From Fimbriimonadia bacterium (GTDB lineage Bacteria; Armatimonadota; Fimbriimonadia; Fimbriimonadales; JABRVX01), in contig JBGPGO010000010.1 of assembly GCA_041483895.1 (NCBI GenBank), forward strand, positions 32,001 through 96,000: a stretch of 64,000 nt of DNA, in the 5' to 3' direction. Each line of letters opens with the position of its first letter. Position 1 is the first letter of the stretch. This document shows, one piece after another, positions 29,841 to 39,692 of the stretch. The notes beneath the pieces are model-generated. The model ran no database searches. It had not been told where the DNA came from and saw only the letters and a program-made list of their open reading frames with translations. A program made the translations under genes and the position numbers.

Positions 29841-31889
29841 ATGAAATGGATTTGGGGAGTTGCGGCCGCAATCACGAGCATCGGCATCGCATCGGCGCAA
29901 AAGGATTATGACTTCGAGAGCGGCAAGAGGCAAATGGCCGCCGCGTTTTTCAATCATGTCCCTGGCTGGGATGACGGAGTACATCTTGCCGCGAGCAGCG
30001 ACACCGACGTGGTGCACTACGATCTAAACATTGCGATCGACCCCGCTGCGCAAACGATCGGCGGCGGCAACCTCATGACGATCAAGAGTCTGAATCCCGA
30101 TCTGCGCTGGTTCGAGTTTCAGCTCAGCAACACGTTTACGATATCCTCTCTGCGCGTCGATGGACTATCCGTGCCGTGGAGTCGCCTATCGTCAACTACT
30201 GTGCTAGTGAAGTTACCGCATTCGTACAAGTACGGCGCTAGATTTCGACTGTACGTGGCCTATTCCGGCGCGCCCGTATCCGGCGGCTTCGGCTCGATCG
30301 TTTATTCGACGCAGGGCGGTGCGCCGCTAGTCTACACTCTGAGCGAACCCTGGTATGCCTATACGTGGTGGCCCGAGAAAGAGGATAATACCGACAAAGC
30401 CACGGCGGATCTCCGATTCACGGTCCCCAACGGTCTGACCGCGGTATCGAATGGACTATTGCAATCGGTGACTCCTGTCTCCGGCAACAGGCAGCAGTTC
30501 TATTGGAAGACGAAATTCCAAACGGCACCCTATCTGTTCTTCTTTTCCGTCACAAACTATAACCATTACACTTTGAACTATGACTATGGTGGTGGAACCA
30601 TGCCGCTGGAGTTTTACATCTATCCGATTAATGACACCTCGGGCAACCGTGCCGCGTGGTTTTTGGCGAAGGATGTTCTCGGAGTATACGCCGACTACTA
30701 TGGCCTCTATCCGTTCATCGAAGAGAGATATGGCATCTATGAATTTGGATATGGCGGCGGCATGGAGCACCAGACATCAACAGGCGAAGGGACGTTTGCG
30801 GAGTGGGTTACCGCCCATGAGACCGGTCACCAGTGGTGGGGCGATAACATAACGTGCGCCACCTGGAGCGACATCTGGCTCAACGAAGGGTTTGCCACCT
30901 ACAGCGAAGCGATTTGGTATGAACACAAGCCCGGCTCCGGAAGTTTTGCGGCATACAAGAACCACATGGCAAACCGCAGGCCGGGGGACCTATCTTTTAC
31001 CGTGTACGTGTACAATCCAACGGATCCTTGGCGAATTTTCAATTATGATGGCACATACTTAAAAGGGGCATGGGTATTGCACATGTTGCGCCATATTCTG
31101 GGCGATGATCAGTTCTTTGCCGCCCTGGCAAATTATCGTCTCGTATATGCAGGAAAATCTGCCACTACCGATGATTTCAAGAACATGGTCTCCGTAACCG
31201 CGGACCTCGACATGAGCTATTACTTCAATCAATGGGTGTATCAGCCCGGTGCGCCTGCCTATCGATATGCATGGAAAAACTATGCCGCCAATGGGAAAAC
31301 CTACACGGAGTTTTACGTAGGGCAAGTCCAAAATGCCGGCTACCCCACCTACAAGATGCCAATCGACATGAGATGCACGATCGGCGCGCAAACTCCCACG
31401 TATGTGATCTGGAACAACGCCAAAGCCCAAAATTTGCTCGTTGAGACAAGTGGCGCCGTCACGAGCGTTGCTATGGATCCCGACGACTGGATTTTGAACA
31501 CGGGAAAGGCGTCGGTATTGTTCGTCGAGGGTCCTCCAAAGGTCGTTTCGGTATTTCCCCACGACGGCGACCTGAAGAAGCAGGGCGACGTCAACCAGAT
31601 TCTTGCCACGTTCCATAAAGACGTGAACATCCAGGCTTCGGATGTCTCCCTCGTTGGAGATCAGACCGGCAGCATCGCCTTTTCATTCTCCTATGACTCC
31701 GCGACGAATACGGCGACAATCACGCCACTATCGGCCCTGCCCAACCAATCATACACCTTGACGATTGCGGATACGGTGACTGACAAGGCAGCCGGCAAGA
31801 AACTGGATGGCGAATATGGTCTACCCAGCGGAGACGGCCTGCCGGGCGGCAACTTCGTGATGCATTTTGCCGTCAGCCAAGGCGGCTAA
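29841..31889 (+). CDS. Secreted M1-family aminopeptidase with C-terminal Ig-like domain
   Basis: GGMEH, HETGHQWWG, WLNEGFATY and Y.KGAWVLHMLR motifs. Confidence 0.93.
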   Translation: MKWIWGVAAAITSIGIASAQKDYDFESGKRQMAAAFFNHVPGWDDGVHLAASSDTDVVHYDLNIAIDPAAQTIGGGNLMTIKSLNPDLRWFEFQLSNTFTISSLRVDGLSVPWSRLSSTTVLVKLPHSYKYGARFRLYVAYSGAPVSGGFGSIVYSTQGGAPLVYTLSEPWYAYTWWPEKEDNTDKATADLRFTVPNGLTAVSNGLLQSVTPVSGNRQQFYWKTKFQTAPYLFFFSVTNYNHYTLNYDYGGGTMPLEFYIYPINDTSGNRAAWFLAKDVLGVYADYYGLYPFIEERYGIYEFGYGGGMEHQTSTGEGTFAEWVTAHETGHQWWGDNITCATWSDIWLNEGFATYSEAIWYEHKPGSGSFAAYKNHMANRRPGDLSFTVYVYNPTDPWRIFNYDGTYLKGAWVLHMLRHILGDDQFFAALANYRLVYAGKSATTDDFKNMVSVTADLDMSYYFNQWVYQPGAPAYRYAWKNYAANGKTYTEFYVGQVQNAGYPTYKMPIDMRCTIGAQTPTYVIWNNAKAQNLLVETSGAVTSVAMDPDDWILNTGKASVLFVEGPPKVVSVFPHDGDLKKQGDVNQILATFHKDVNIQASDVSLVGDQTGSIAFSFSYDSATNTATITPLSALPNQSYTLTIADTVTDKAAGKKLDGEYGLPSGDGLPGGNFVMHFAVSQGG

Positions 31890-31891
31890 AG

Positions 31892-32578
31892 CTACTTGTG
31901 CAAATTCAAATTGATCGCTGTGCATAGACCGACGAAGAAGTCCTTGTGGGTCACCCCGGCCTGAAATCGGAAAAACTCATTCAACACATAGCGGGCCGCG
32001 AAGTTGCCATCAACGCCGTTATATTCTCCAATCAAACTGAGTTGATTGTTAAAAAGCAGCTCCGCGCCACCGATAAGCTTGTCCTTAAACAACCCGGTAC
32101 CGCCGCCGAGCGTCGCCCGAAATCCCACAAAATTCTTCTTGAGAATCTCGGGGGTGGCCAGGTCCGCCGTCGCGACTACATAATACGTTCGTTTGATGGC
32201 GTCCACCACATCAATCACACCGATGCCCAGCTCAAACCATCGGAAATTCGATGGGACAATGTTCACCTTCCCATTCGCAATGAACTTATCCGTCGCATTT
32301 TCCCGATCTACAAAAGTAGCCCCGACCTCAAAATTGTCAAAAATTCCATAGTTGCCCGAAAGCGTCTTCTGATCCCCGAAAAATGTTCCAGCCACCACGC
32401 GATTGGGCGTCGCCACATAGGCGTTGGGAACCGTGATCAAGCCGTTGGGACCGTATAGTGTATTGAACCTGGCTCGAAGAATATCGTTGCGAATATCCTC
32501 ATCCTGAGCCGTCGCCGTCGTCCCGAACGACAGGATCGAAATACACAGAACCGCACTCAACATCGTTCTCGTCTTCAC
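31892..32578 (-). CDS. Secreted or outer-membrane beta-rich protein (YjbH-like)
   Basis: G..GLITVP.A motif, amphipathic beta strands, signal peptide. Confidence 0.6.
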   Translation of the reverse strand: MKTRTMLSAVLCISILSFGTTATAQDEDIRNDILRARFNTLYGPNGLITVPNAYVATPNRVVAGTFFGDQKTLSGNYGIFDNFEVGATFVDRENATDKFIANGKVNIVPSNFRWFELGIGVIDVVDAIKRTYYVVATADLATPEILKKNFVGFRATLGGGTGLFKDKLIGGAELLFNNQLSLIGEYNGVDGNFAARYVLNEFFRFQAGVTHKDFFVGLCTAINLNLHK

Positions 32579-32647
32579 GTCTGCGCACCTCCGTATGTCA
32601 GCAAACATCAGAGGGATGTTACCACATCCGGATTCGTGGAAGGTTCG

Positions 32648-33232
32648 CTAAACGAGGCTTGTCGCAAGCGATCGGAGGCGCCCGGCCGTCAATCGGTCAA
32701 GCCGATCGAACTTCACGAGAATCTTGTGGAAGTCCCGGCCTCCGGGTTGCAGTTGTTCAACACGACCGGGCAGCGTGAGCCGTTGCATCTTGCCAATGGT
32801 CAGATCGGCGGTGACCTGAGAGCGGAGTCGAATCGCCTCTGTGGCGAACGTCGTAAGCGAATCGTCTCCCAGCAACACGCATCGGCTGTCATAAATGAGT
32901 GGGGTCATATCGAGGGTCTGAATTCTGCACGGCATGTCGCATTGAGCAACCATCTTTTCCCCGTGCTTTTCCAGGCGAATCTGAGTCGGCGCGGTCAAAA
33001 GCAGCATGGAACCCTTCTTGCCAAGCAGGTCCGTGCTGATGTATGCAATCGAATCTTCCGTAATAATCTGGATCTGAACGTTCCTCGGCGGATTCTCCGG
33101 ATCCAGTCCGGTTGCATCGCCCAGGGTGTATTCGAAGATGAAGACTTCGGTATGGTCCACGAGCCGACCATACACCTCCCTCTCTCCGAAACCCCACACC
33201 AATCGAGCTAGGCGACCCTTGTAGTTCGTCAT
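32648..33232 (-). CDS. Hypothetical protein, possibly degenerate YcgR/PilZ-like
   Basis: Two beta-rich halves and a C-terminal ILVKF..LD....RL pattern; no RxxxR motif. Confidence 0.4.
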   Translation of the reverse strand: MTNYKGRLARLVWGFGEREVYGRLVDHTEVFIFEYTLGDATGLDPENPPRNVQIQIITEDSIAYISTDLLGKKGSMLLLTAPTQIRLEKHGEKMVAQCDMPCRIQTLDMTPLIYDSRCVLLGDDSLTTFATEAIRLRSQVTADLTIGKMQRLTLPGRVEQLQPGGRDFHKILVKFDRLDRLTAGRLRSLATSLV

Positions 33233-33355
33233 GTGTTCCGTTCCAACCGACTTGCGGCTACCCTGATCTATGCCGCCGCACGCAACGCGGGTACCACGTG
33301 CGAGAAACAGGTTTCGCAACGGAAAACTAAAAAAATGGACGGGTAAACCTGCTGA

Positions 33356-34936
33356 TTATTCCGGGTCTGGCGTCTTCAGATACCGTTTGGTCAGCCAGCG
33401 CTCAATGGCTTCTAACCCGGCTGGAGCGACCTTGTTATCTGGCGTGGTGAGCGAATAACCGACCCCAGGAACGAGTATCGAGCTTACATCCTTGTTCCCG
33501 GCCTTCTGGATTTTTGCGGCTATCGCTGACATGGACTTTGGGCTGATAAAAGTGTCAGCTGCGCCGCTGATGAGCAAGACCGGCTTCTGGATCTTCCCAA
33601 AATCCAATCCGGGATCGTATTCAGCAATCTCCTTCAACCAAACTCCTGGGTAACCGCTCTGGGTGGTCGTCTTACCGGCTTTTGCCTCTGTAAAAGAGCC
33701 TTTCAATTTCGCCAAATCGAGAGAGGACTGTGCCCGTTCGACCTCAGATCGTTTTGGGTCTTTCGCCATGGCCTCATATCTGTTCAACAGGACCTTGTCA
33801 TAGGACGTTGCGGGAGTTGCCAAAAGGATGCAGCCTGCCAGGGATTTGTTCTGAGTCATCAACATCGTGGCTATCAAACCGCCTTCACCTTGGCCGACGA
33901 GGATGATTCGGTTTCTGTCCACCAATGGAATCCGTGATAGATAGTCGATCAGATATTGGTTATCAATGCGAGTAGTTTTGAAACCTGCATCTTCCCGGGA
34001 TCCTTGGCTTGATCCGACGCCCCTTTCGTCCGCGCGCAAAACAACAAACCCCGATGCGCCCAATCGGTCCGCGAGAATTCCAAATAGCTTTGCCCGCTCT
34101 GATCCGGCCCTAAGAGTATCGCCATTCCGATCTTGGCCTCCTTCGCCGCCAATGAGCAGGATCGCCGGATGTCGGCCGGCAGTTTTCGGAATGGTGAGTG
34201 TCGCCGCAAGAAAGAGACCAAACGAGGGGACGGAGATTTCAGCCGCAGAGTACTTGTCTCGATGCTCCATCCATGCCGGATCGAGCCCAGCGACCGGCTC
34301 GTAGCCGTCGCGATAGGCAATGTGACCGAAATTACGCAGATTGGCTATAACGATCTTTCCGTTGTCCTCAAACCAATCCGCACCGACATTCCCGCTGGCG
34401 GCAAATCGGTCGAGCTGCTTTACCCCATCCTTCGTCTGAATGCCGTCCCGGCCCAGATATTCCAAGATGCAATCTCCAGCGACAATATCCTGAATGCGAA
34501 AAGTGGATATCGTCTGCTTGCCTTCCTTTCCGCGGGAGACGGCTGAAGCAAGAAAATAGAGAGTTGCGGGACTGAAATCTGAGACTGGAGTTCCGACGTC
34601 ATCGAACTGAAAAATGACCGGCTTGGTGGAAGATTCGTAGGAGACGGAAACCCCTTGAGCATTTGCTTCCACGAGCAATGTGGTTTTTCCGTCCTTAGAT
34701 ATTCGGGAACTGCGAAGCCGATTCGCGCTCGTGGTGGCAACGAGGTCGAAATCCTTCGTGCCACCGCTGGTAACCACATGAACTTTCGATTTAATCTCAC
34801 CGTTCGCTAGGCTGAACTCTTCGGATCCAGCCGCCTTTCCACCCAGCAAAAAGTGAAATGTGCCGCTGTCCGCAGGCACAGACGGCGCCTGCGAAAAGAC
34901 CAAGAGACCTAAGAACTGAGTGAGAATGCCAAACAT
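33356..34936 (-). CDS. Secreted alpha/beta-hydrolase-fold protein, likely inactive
   Basis: TLT.P.....PAILL..G.G.QDR.G and LR.D.RGVG.S motifs; nucleophile elbow reads GQGEGG. Confidence 0.8.
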   Translation of the reverse strand: MFGILTQFLGLLVFSQAPSVPADSGTFHFLLGGKAAGSEEFSLANGEIKSKVHVVTSGGTKDFDLVATTSANRLRSSRISKDGKTTLLVEANAQGVSVSYESSTKPVIFQFDDVGTPVSDFSPATLYFLASAVSRGKEGKQTISTFRIQDIVAGDCILEYLGRDGIQTKDGVKQLDRFAASGNVGADWFEDNGKIVIANLRNFGHIAYRDGYEPVAGLDPAWMEHRDKYSAAEISVPSFGLFLAATLTIPKTAGRHPAILLIGGEGGQDRNGDTLRAGSERAKLFGILADRLGASGFVVLRADERGVGSSQGSREDAGFKTTRIDNQYLIDYLSRIPLVDRNRIILVGQGEGGLIATMLMTQNKSLAGCILLATPATSYDKVLLNRYEAMAKDPKRSEVERAQSSLDLAKLKGSFTEAKAGKTTTQSGYPGVWLKEIAEYDPGLDFGKIQKPVLLISGAADTFISPKSMSAIAAKIQKAGNKDVSSILVPGVGYSLTTPDNKVAPAGLEAIERWLTKRYLKTPDPE

Positions 34937-35043
34937 GATGCTACTATTATTACGCAAAAGCCCGATGGTGCTACGCAACCAATTTCACCGGCTTCCAGTA
35001 TCGTCGAATGGTGCGATCGAAGGCGGTCTTCTGAAAGGACACT

Positions 35044-36774
35044 ATGGCTCGACCTAGGCGTGGGCTCTGTATCGGCTGCGGAGCGGCAGGAATTATCTTT
35101 ATCGTCGGTACTGCCTGGTTCGGCTTCAGCCGAATGAAACCTGCGGCAGCAACACAACGAACATTTGAAGCAAAAAAGGGCGACCTTGTTCTCGATGTGG
35201 TGGAATCGGGAACGATAACCGCCGTCCGGACGGTAGACGTTCGACCCCGCACCGGCGGTCGCGTTTCCCATCTCGAGGTGGATGAAGGCAACACCGTGAC
35301 ACCAGGCCAAGTCTTGGCCACCGTCGACCCGCAGGAGACCCAATTGGTGGTGAACCAATTTCAGGCCCAGCGAAAATCAGCGGAATCGCGCCTCAAAGAG
35401 GTCAAGATTCAGACGAATACCACCATCTCCACCTCCAATGCCGATATCCGGCAGGCGGAAGCCCAGCTCCGCCAAGCGCAACAGGACTGGGAAAACCAGC
35501 CAAAGATTACTGAGGCTTCCATCGCCCAATCCAAGGCCGGCTGGGAAAGCGCAAAAGAGGACATCCGGCTCCTGGAGACCTCGACAATCCCAAACAGCAT
35601 CGTCCAGGCCGACAACGCTGTCAATCAAGCAAAGGCCAGTTTGGAAGAGGCCGATGCGAATTACAAACGGATGCAGTATCTCGTCTCCAAGGGCTTCCGA
35701 GCGAAACGCGACGAAGAGGTAGGCAAAGCCCAATTTGATACCGCAAAGACTCAATACGATTCTGCGGTTCAATCACGAAAAATCCTCGATCGGCAGAATG
35801 AGAGCCAGCGTAAGGCCGCCGACCAGCGCCTTGCCCAAACGAAAGCCGCGTATGATCAGGCTGTCGCCAATTCCTATCTGGTCCAGCAGCGCAAAGACGC
35901 GCTCGAATCGGCGAAGGCGGGCCTGGCCGGGGTCCGCGCAAGACGAAATGGGATCAATCGACAGAGTGAAACCCAAGCGGCAGCAGGCATTCAGGAGATT
36001 GACAGCCGCCTGGAAGACGCCAACCGCCAGCTTAACGAAACGGAAATCAAGGCCCCGATCAATGGCATGGTCACCAAGCGATACGTCCAGATCGGCGACC
36101 TCGTTACGGCTCTATCCGGGTTCAGCTCCGGAACTCCGGTCTATCAAATCGCCGATCTGAGCCAACTGAAAATAAATTTGTCGATCAACGAGGTCGATGT
36201 ATCGCGATTGAAGGTCGGCCAGGAAGTGGAAGTGACCGTCGACGCGGTCCGTGGCGAGACGTTTCACGGAATAGTCAACAAAATCGCGCCCGCTTCGGAC
36301 TCCAGCAGCCAGGCCCAGCAGCAGGTGGCGCCGGGTACCGCCACGGTCGTGAAATTTCAGGTAGAAGTTTATCTCACCAACTCCGATCGCCGTCTCAAGC
36401 CCGGCATGAGCGCAAAGTGCCGAATCATAACCGACCGCGCCACAAACGTGCTCCTGATGGATGCCGAGGCCGTGGGCAAAGAGATGAAAGACGGCAAAGA
36501 GACCTACTTCGCCATGAAGCTGTCCGGCAAGAAGGTGAAGGACAAGAAGACAGGCCAATTGGTGGACGAGACTGAGCGAGTACCGTTGCAGGTCGGCCTC
36601 CAGGCCCCCACCCGCTATGAAATCACGGCCGGCGCGAAAGAGGGGGACAAGTTTGCCAGAGCCCCCTTCGGCGGCCCAAAACGGCGTGATCTTCGCATGG
36701 ATTTCGGCGCCAATAGCGACGACGAAGAAAAGAACAAAGACGATCAGAAGAGCAAGGACGAAAAGAAAGAGTGA
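35044..36774 (+). CDS. Efflux periplasmic adaptor subunit (MacA/HlyD-like) with long coiled coil
   Basis: SGTI.A...VDV, V.EG..V..GQVL, IKAPING.V and LKPGMSA motifs. Confidence 0.92.
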   Translation: MARPRRGLCIGCGAAGIIFIVGTAWFGFSRMKPAAATQRTFEAKKGDLVLDVVESGTITAVRTVDVRPRTGGRVSHLEVDEGNTVTPGQVLATVDPQETQLVVNQFQAQRKSAESRLKEVKIQTNTTISTSNADIRQAEAQLRQAQQDWENQPKITEASIAQSKAGWESAKEDIRLLETSTIPNSIVQADNAVNQAKASLEEADANYKRMQYLVSKGFRAKRDEEVGKAQFDTAKTQYDSAVQSRKILDRQNESQRKAADQRLAQTKAAYDQAVANSYLVQQRKDALESAKAGLAGVRARRNGINRQSETQAAAGIQEIDSRLEDANRQLNETEIKAPINGMVTKRYVQIGDLVTALSGFSSGTPVYQIADLSQLKINLSINEVDVSRLKVGQEVEVTVDAVRGETFHGIVNKIAPASDSSSQAQQQVAPGTATVVKFQVEVYLTNSDRRLKPGMSAKCRIITDRATNVLLMDAEAVGKEMKDGKETYFAMKLSGKKVKDKKTGQLVDETERVPLQVGLQAPTRYEITAGAKEGDKFARAPFGGPKRRDLRMDFGANSDDEEKNKDDQKSKDEKKE

Positions 36775-38003
36775 ACATACTCCAGTCGCTGCTCGTCGCC
36801 GTGGGGATGCTGCGGGCAAACAAAATTCGCTCGTTCCTCACCATGCTCGGCATCATCATCGGCGTCATGGCCGTCACCGTGACGATCGAGATGGTGGAAG
36901 GCTTCCGCAGCTACATGAACAACCAGTTCGCCAGCCTGGGTTCAAATACTGTTTTTGTTTTCTATGATCCGAGCGGCCGGCGGCGGGGAGAGACGTTGGG
37001 TGGAGTAGGCGGTCTCAAGCAAGAAGATGTGGAAGCGATCCGAGACGAATGCTCCCTTGTCAATCTGGTCAGTGAGGAACTTCGTCTTGGCGCAAAGACC
37101 GTCTCCTACGGGGACCTGCAGCTCGAGAGTACCGATGTCATCGGCGCCGATGGATCGTATGCCGAGATGCACGCGCTGCAGACCGACGAAGGCCGGTTTT
37201 TCACCGATACAAGCTCCGACAAATGGGCGAACAATGTTGTCCTCGGCTACGACGTTGCGCAAAAGCTTTTTCCGCGCGGCGGGGCGATTGGCAGCGACGT
37301 GATCATCGATGGCCGGGCATTGCGCGTGATCGGTACGATCAAGAAAAAGGGTCAGACGCTCGGCGAGCAGGAGGACAAACGGGTGTACGTGCCGGCCTCC
37401 ACCGCGCAAAAACGTTGGCTCGGATCGGACGACGTGCATGTTCTGTTGGCACGGCCGGTCTCAATGGCGGACACGGACGGCGCGATGGACCAAATGTGGC
37501 AGACGCTCATGCGCCGCCACGACAACAAGCAGGTGTTTCGCATCGGTTCACAAGAAGCGATGACCGCGGCGTTCGGCGGCATCATCACCGCTTTTGGGGC
37601 CGTCTTTTCCGCAATCGCAGCGCTGTCGCTTCTCGTCGGCGGAATTGGCATCATGAACATCATGCTCGTGTCCGTTACCGAGCGCACGCGAGAGATCGGT
37701 CTGCGCATGGCGGTCGGCGCGAAACGCTACGAGCTGCTCTTCCAGTTTCTCGTCGAGGCCGCCACGTTGTCGCTCATCGGCGGTCTCATCGGCATGGCTC
37801 TTGGTTGGGGATTGGGCGCGGCGGTCGATTGGTTCACTCATTCACCGATGGCGCAAGGCATGCCCGGCATCACGATGACTTTTCCGCTCTGGGCCGCGAT
37901 CGGGGCTTCGCTCTTCAGCGCATCCGTGGGCCTCGTCTTCGGCATCTATCCCGCCTGGCGCGCCGCCAAACTCGACCCCATCGAAGCCCTCCGCCACGAG
38001 TAA
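36771..38003 (+). CDS. MacB-like ABC transporter permease
   Basis: RS.LTMLGIIIG, SLLVGGIGIMNIMLVSVTERTREIGLR.AVGA and PA.RAA.LDPIEALR motifs. Confidence 0.95.
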   Translation: MNILQSLLVAVGMLRANKIRSFLTMLGIIIGVMAVTVTIEMVEGFRSYMNNQFASLGSNTVFVFYDPSGRRRGETLGGVGGLKQEDVEAIRDECSLVNLVSEELRLGAKTVSYGDLQLESTDVIGADGSYAEMHALQTDEGRFFTDTSSDKWANNVVLGYDVAQKLFPRGGAIGSDVIIDGRALRVIGTIKKKGQTLGEQEDKRVYVPASTAQKRWLGSDDVHVLLARPVSMADTDGAMDQMWQTLMRRHDNKQVFRIGSQEAMTAAFGGIITAFGAVFSAIAALSLLVGGIGIMNIMLVSVTERTREIGLRMAVGAKRYELLFQFLVEAATLSLIGGLIGMALGWGLGAAVDWFTHSPMAQGMPGITMTFPLWAAIGASLFSASVGLVFGIYPAWRAAKLDPIEALRHE

Positions 38004-38105
38004 TCCGATCTCTGTAGCCGCAGGTCCTCTTGCCGCTACTCCACCAATTGCCACGTACCCAAGCGCCCGCGGATTCCGACGGAGAAGGGCTGGGCCGCGA
38101 GATCT

Positions 38106-38873
38106 TCAATCACATGCCCAATACCACGTGCCGATGTTCGGGTCCGGGTGCGTCTCCCCGCTCGCATGTCCCGACGGCGACACGAGCGTCTTATCGAATG
38201 CCCCCGCAGACGTGATGAACTTCGCGTGACCATCCGCAAAGATCATGCTCCCGCCATTCCGGTGCCATTCGCGGAAGTAGTCGTCATATCCCGCGCACTC
38301 GTATCCATAGTAGCAACCCCCCTGCGGGTCCAGCGCCTTCGAGAAAAAGGGAAACTCCTCATCTCGAATGATCCGCGTCTGTGCAGGCAGTTGATACGCG
38401 GCATCCTTCACGATCTGCGTGGTGCCGTCCGGGTACACATTGCCATTTTGGCTGCTATAGTTTGCGATTGTTGAAAACCCGCAGTGATCGAATCGATAGC
38501 TCGATCCATAAGCTTCCCAATAGTTCCTGGATTTCGGCACGTCGCCCTCTTGAAACGGACTCCCGATATCTTCCGGACAATCAAAGACACGCTTGTCCTT
38601 CGTATATGTCAGTAGTGCCATCTCAATACCCAAATGCCCCGGTTCCCATGGACTCGGCGTTTTGTTATACGCCTGGAAAATCGGCCATGTCGCGTTGTTG
38701 TCATCCACGTACATGCGGACCGCCAAGCCGACCTGCCGCGCGTTGGAAACGCACGTCGTCACCTTCGCTTGCCGTCTTGCGTTCGCGAACACGGGAAACA
38801 GAATCGCGGCCAATATCGCGATGATCGCGATCACCACCAACAGCTCAATCAGCGTAAACGCTTTTCTATGCAC
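38106..38873 (-). CDS. Prepilin-type N-terminal methylation / DUF1559 protein with H-X9-DG motif
   Basis: AFTLIELLVVIAIIAILAAILFPVFA, C.SN.RQ and HRNGGSMIFADGHAK; GGAGG RBS. Confidence 0.93.
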   Translation of the reverse strand: MHRKAFTLIELLVVIAIIAILAAILFPVFANARRQAKVTTCVSNARQVGLAVRMYVDDNNATWPIFQAYNKTPSPWEPGHLGIEMALLTYTKDKRVFDCPEDIGSPFQEGDVPKSRNYWEAYGSSYRFDHCGFSTIANYSSQNGNVYPDGTTQIVKDAAYQLPAQTRIIRDEEFPFFSKALDPQGGCYYGYECAGYDDYFREWHRNGGSMIFADGHAKFITSAGAFDKTLVSPSGHASGETHPDPNIGTWYWACD

Positions 38874-38895
38874 TTTTTCGCCCCCTCCGATTTAT

Positions 38896-38998
38896 CCCTC
38901 CACGGTCACACTGCGGAGGGTCGTCGTTCGTCATCCCTTGACAATCGCACTGTCAAGGGCCGACGGCGTCTCCCTTCACAATCCCAATTGTGAAGGGG
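38896..38998. repeat. Three tandem ~25-bp hairpin repeats (family C, CCCTTCACA...TGTGAAGGG)
   Basis: Units at 38896, 38935 and 38972; same family at 55166-55285. Confidence 0.8.
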
Positions 38999-39039
38999 CG
39001 CAAGATGACTAGGGGACGGACAAGTACGGGGGGAGAAGT

Positions 39040-39131
39040 CTCTGCGTTCCCTCCGCCGGAATTATCCGTCTCAGGTTCAAGGGGTCTATGCGCTACCGCA
39101 ATCTCAGCCCTTTCGGGCTCCCCCAGCAGAA
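39040..39131 (-). promoter_or_regulatory. TPP (thiamine pyrophosphate) riboswitch
   Basis: Minus strand GGGGAGCCC-GAAA-GGGCTGAGA...GACCCCTTGAACCTGA...GGATAATTCCGGCGGAGGGA, with P1 tctgc/gcaga. Confidence 0.92.
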
Positions 39132-39159
39132 CGCCTCAATTCTACCACATCAAATAAGA

Positions 39160-39277
39160 AGCCCTCCTCTTTTTCCGAGCCGAAGGCGAGGAAAAGCGGC
39201 GGATGATGGCAAGTTGGAAAGCCCTCCCCTTTTTCCGAGCCAAAGGCGAGGAAAAGGGGGAGGGCTGGGTGGGGGTC
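39160..39277. repeat. Tandem REP-like palindromes (family A)
   Basis: Two units of gccctcc.ctttttccgagcc.aaggcgaggaaaag.gg.gg, ending gagggctgggtggggg. Confidence 0.75.
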
Positions 39278-39692
39278 AAAGGCACTGTCGCGAACGAGGA
39301 TATCCCTCCTCCTTTCCAAGAAGCGGCCAGCGGGAGGTTGGAAACGACGGGCATCATTGGGCGACGGCGACATGGCCGCCTGGTAGGCTCTTGGAGGTAT
39401 TTGCAGGTATTTCCTTGGACCGAAGAATAGAAACCCGCTCGGCGAGAGTCTTCATTGATAAAAGCGTCCGCTGGGAATGAAGAACTCCTGGCCGAATCCG
39501 GAAATTTGCTGTATCATAGTAAGCGGACAGCCACATTGGAAGTTGTTGAAACGTGACAATGCAACTCTTCCCATCCATCGGGACATGGGAACAAGTACTC
39601 GGTAATTGGCGCGATCCGTTTCAGAGGTGTATGTTGACAATCGGGCGGATCGATCAACGTTGGTGCGCTGCGAGGAGAGAGGCGGTGCCAAA

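Noticed and set aside
35044..38003. MacA/MacB-like pair lacking an adjacent ATPase gene
   Set aside because: The ATPase is commonly encoded elsewhere; not unusual.
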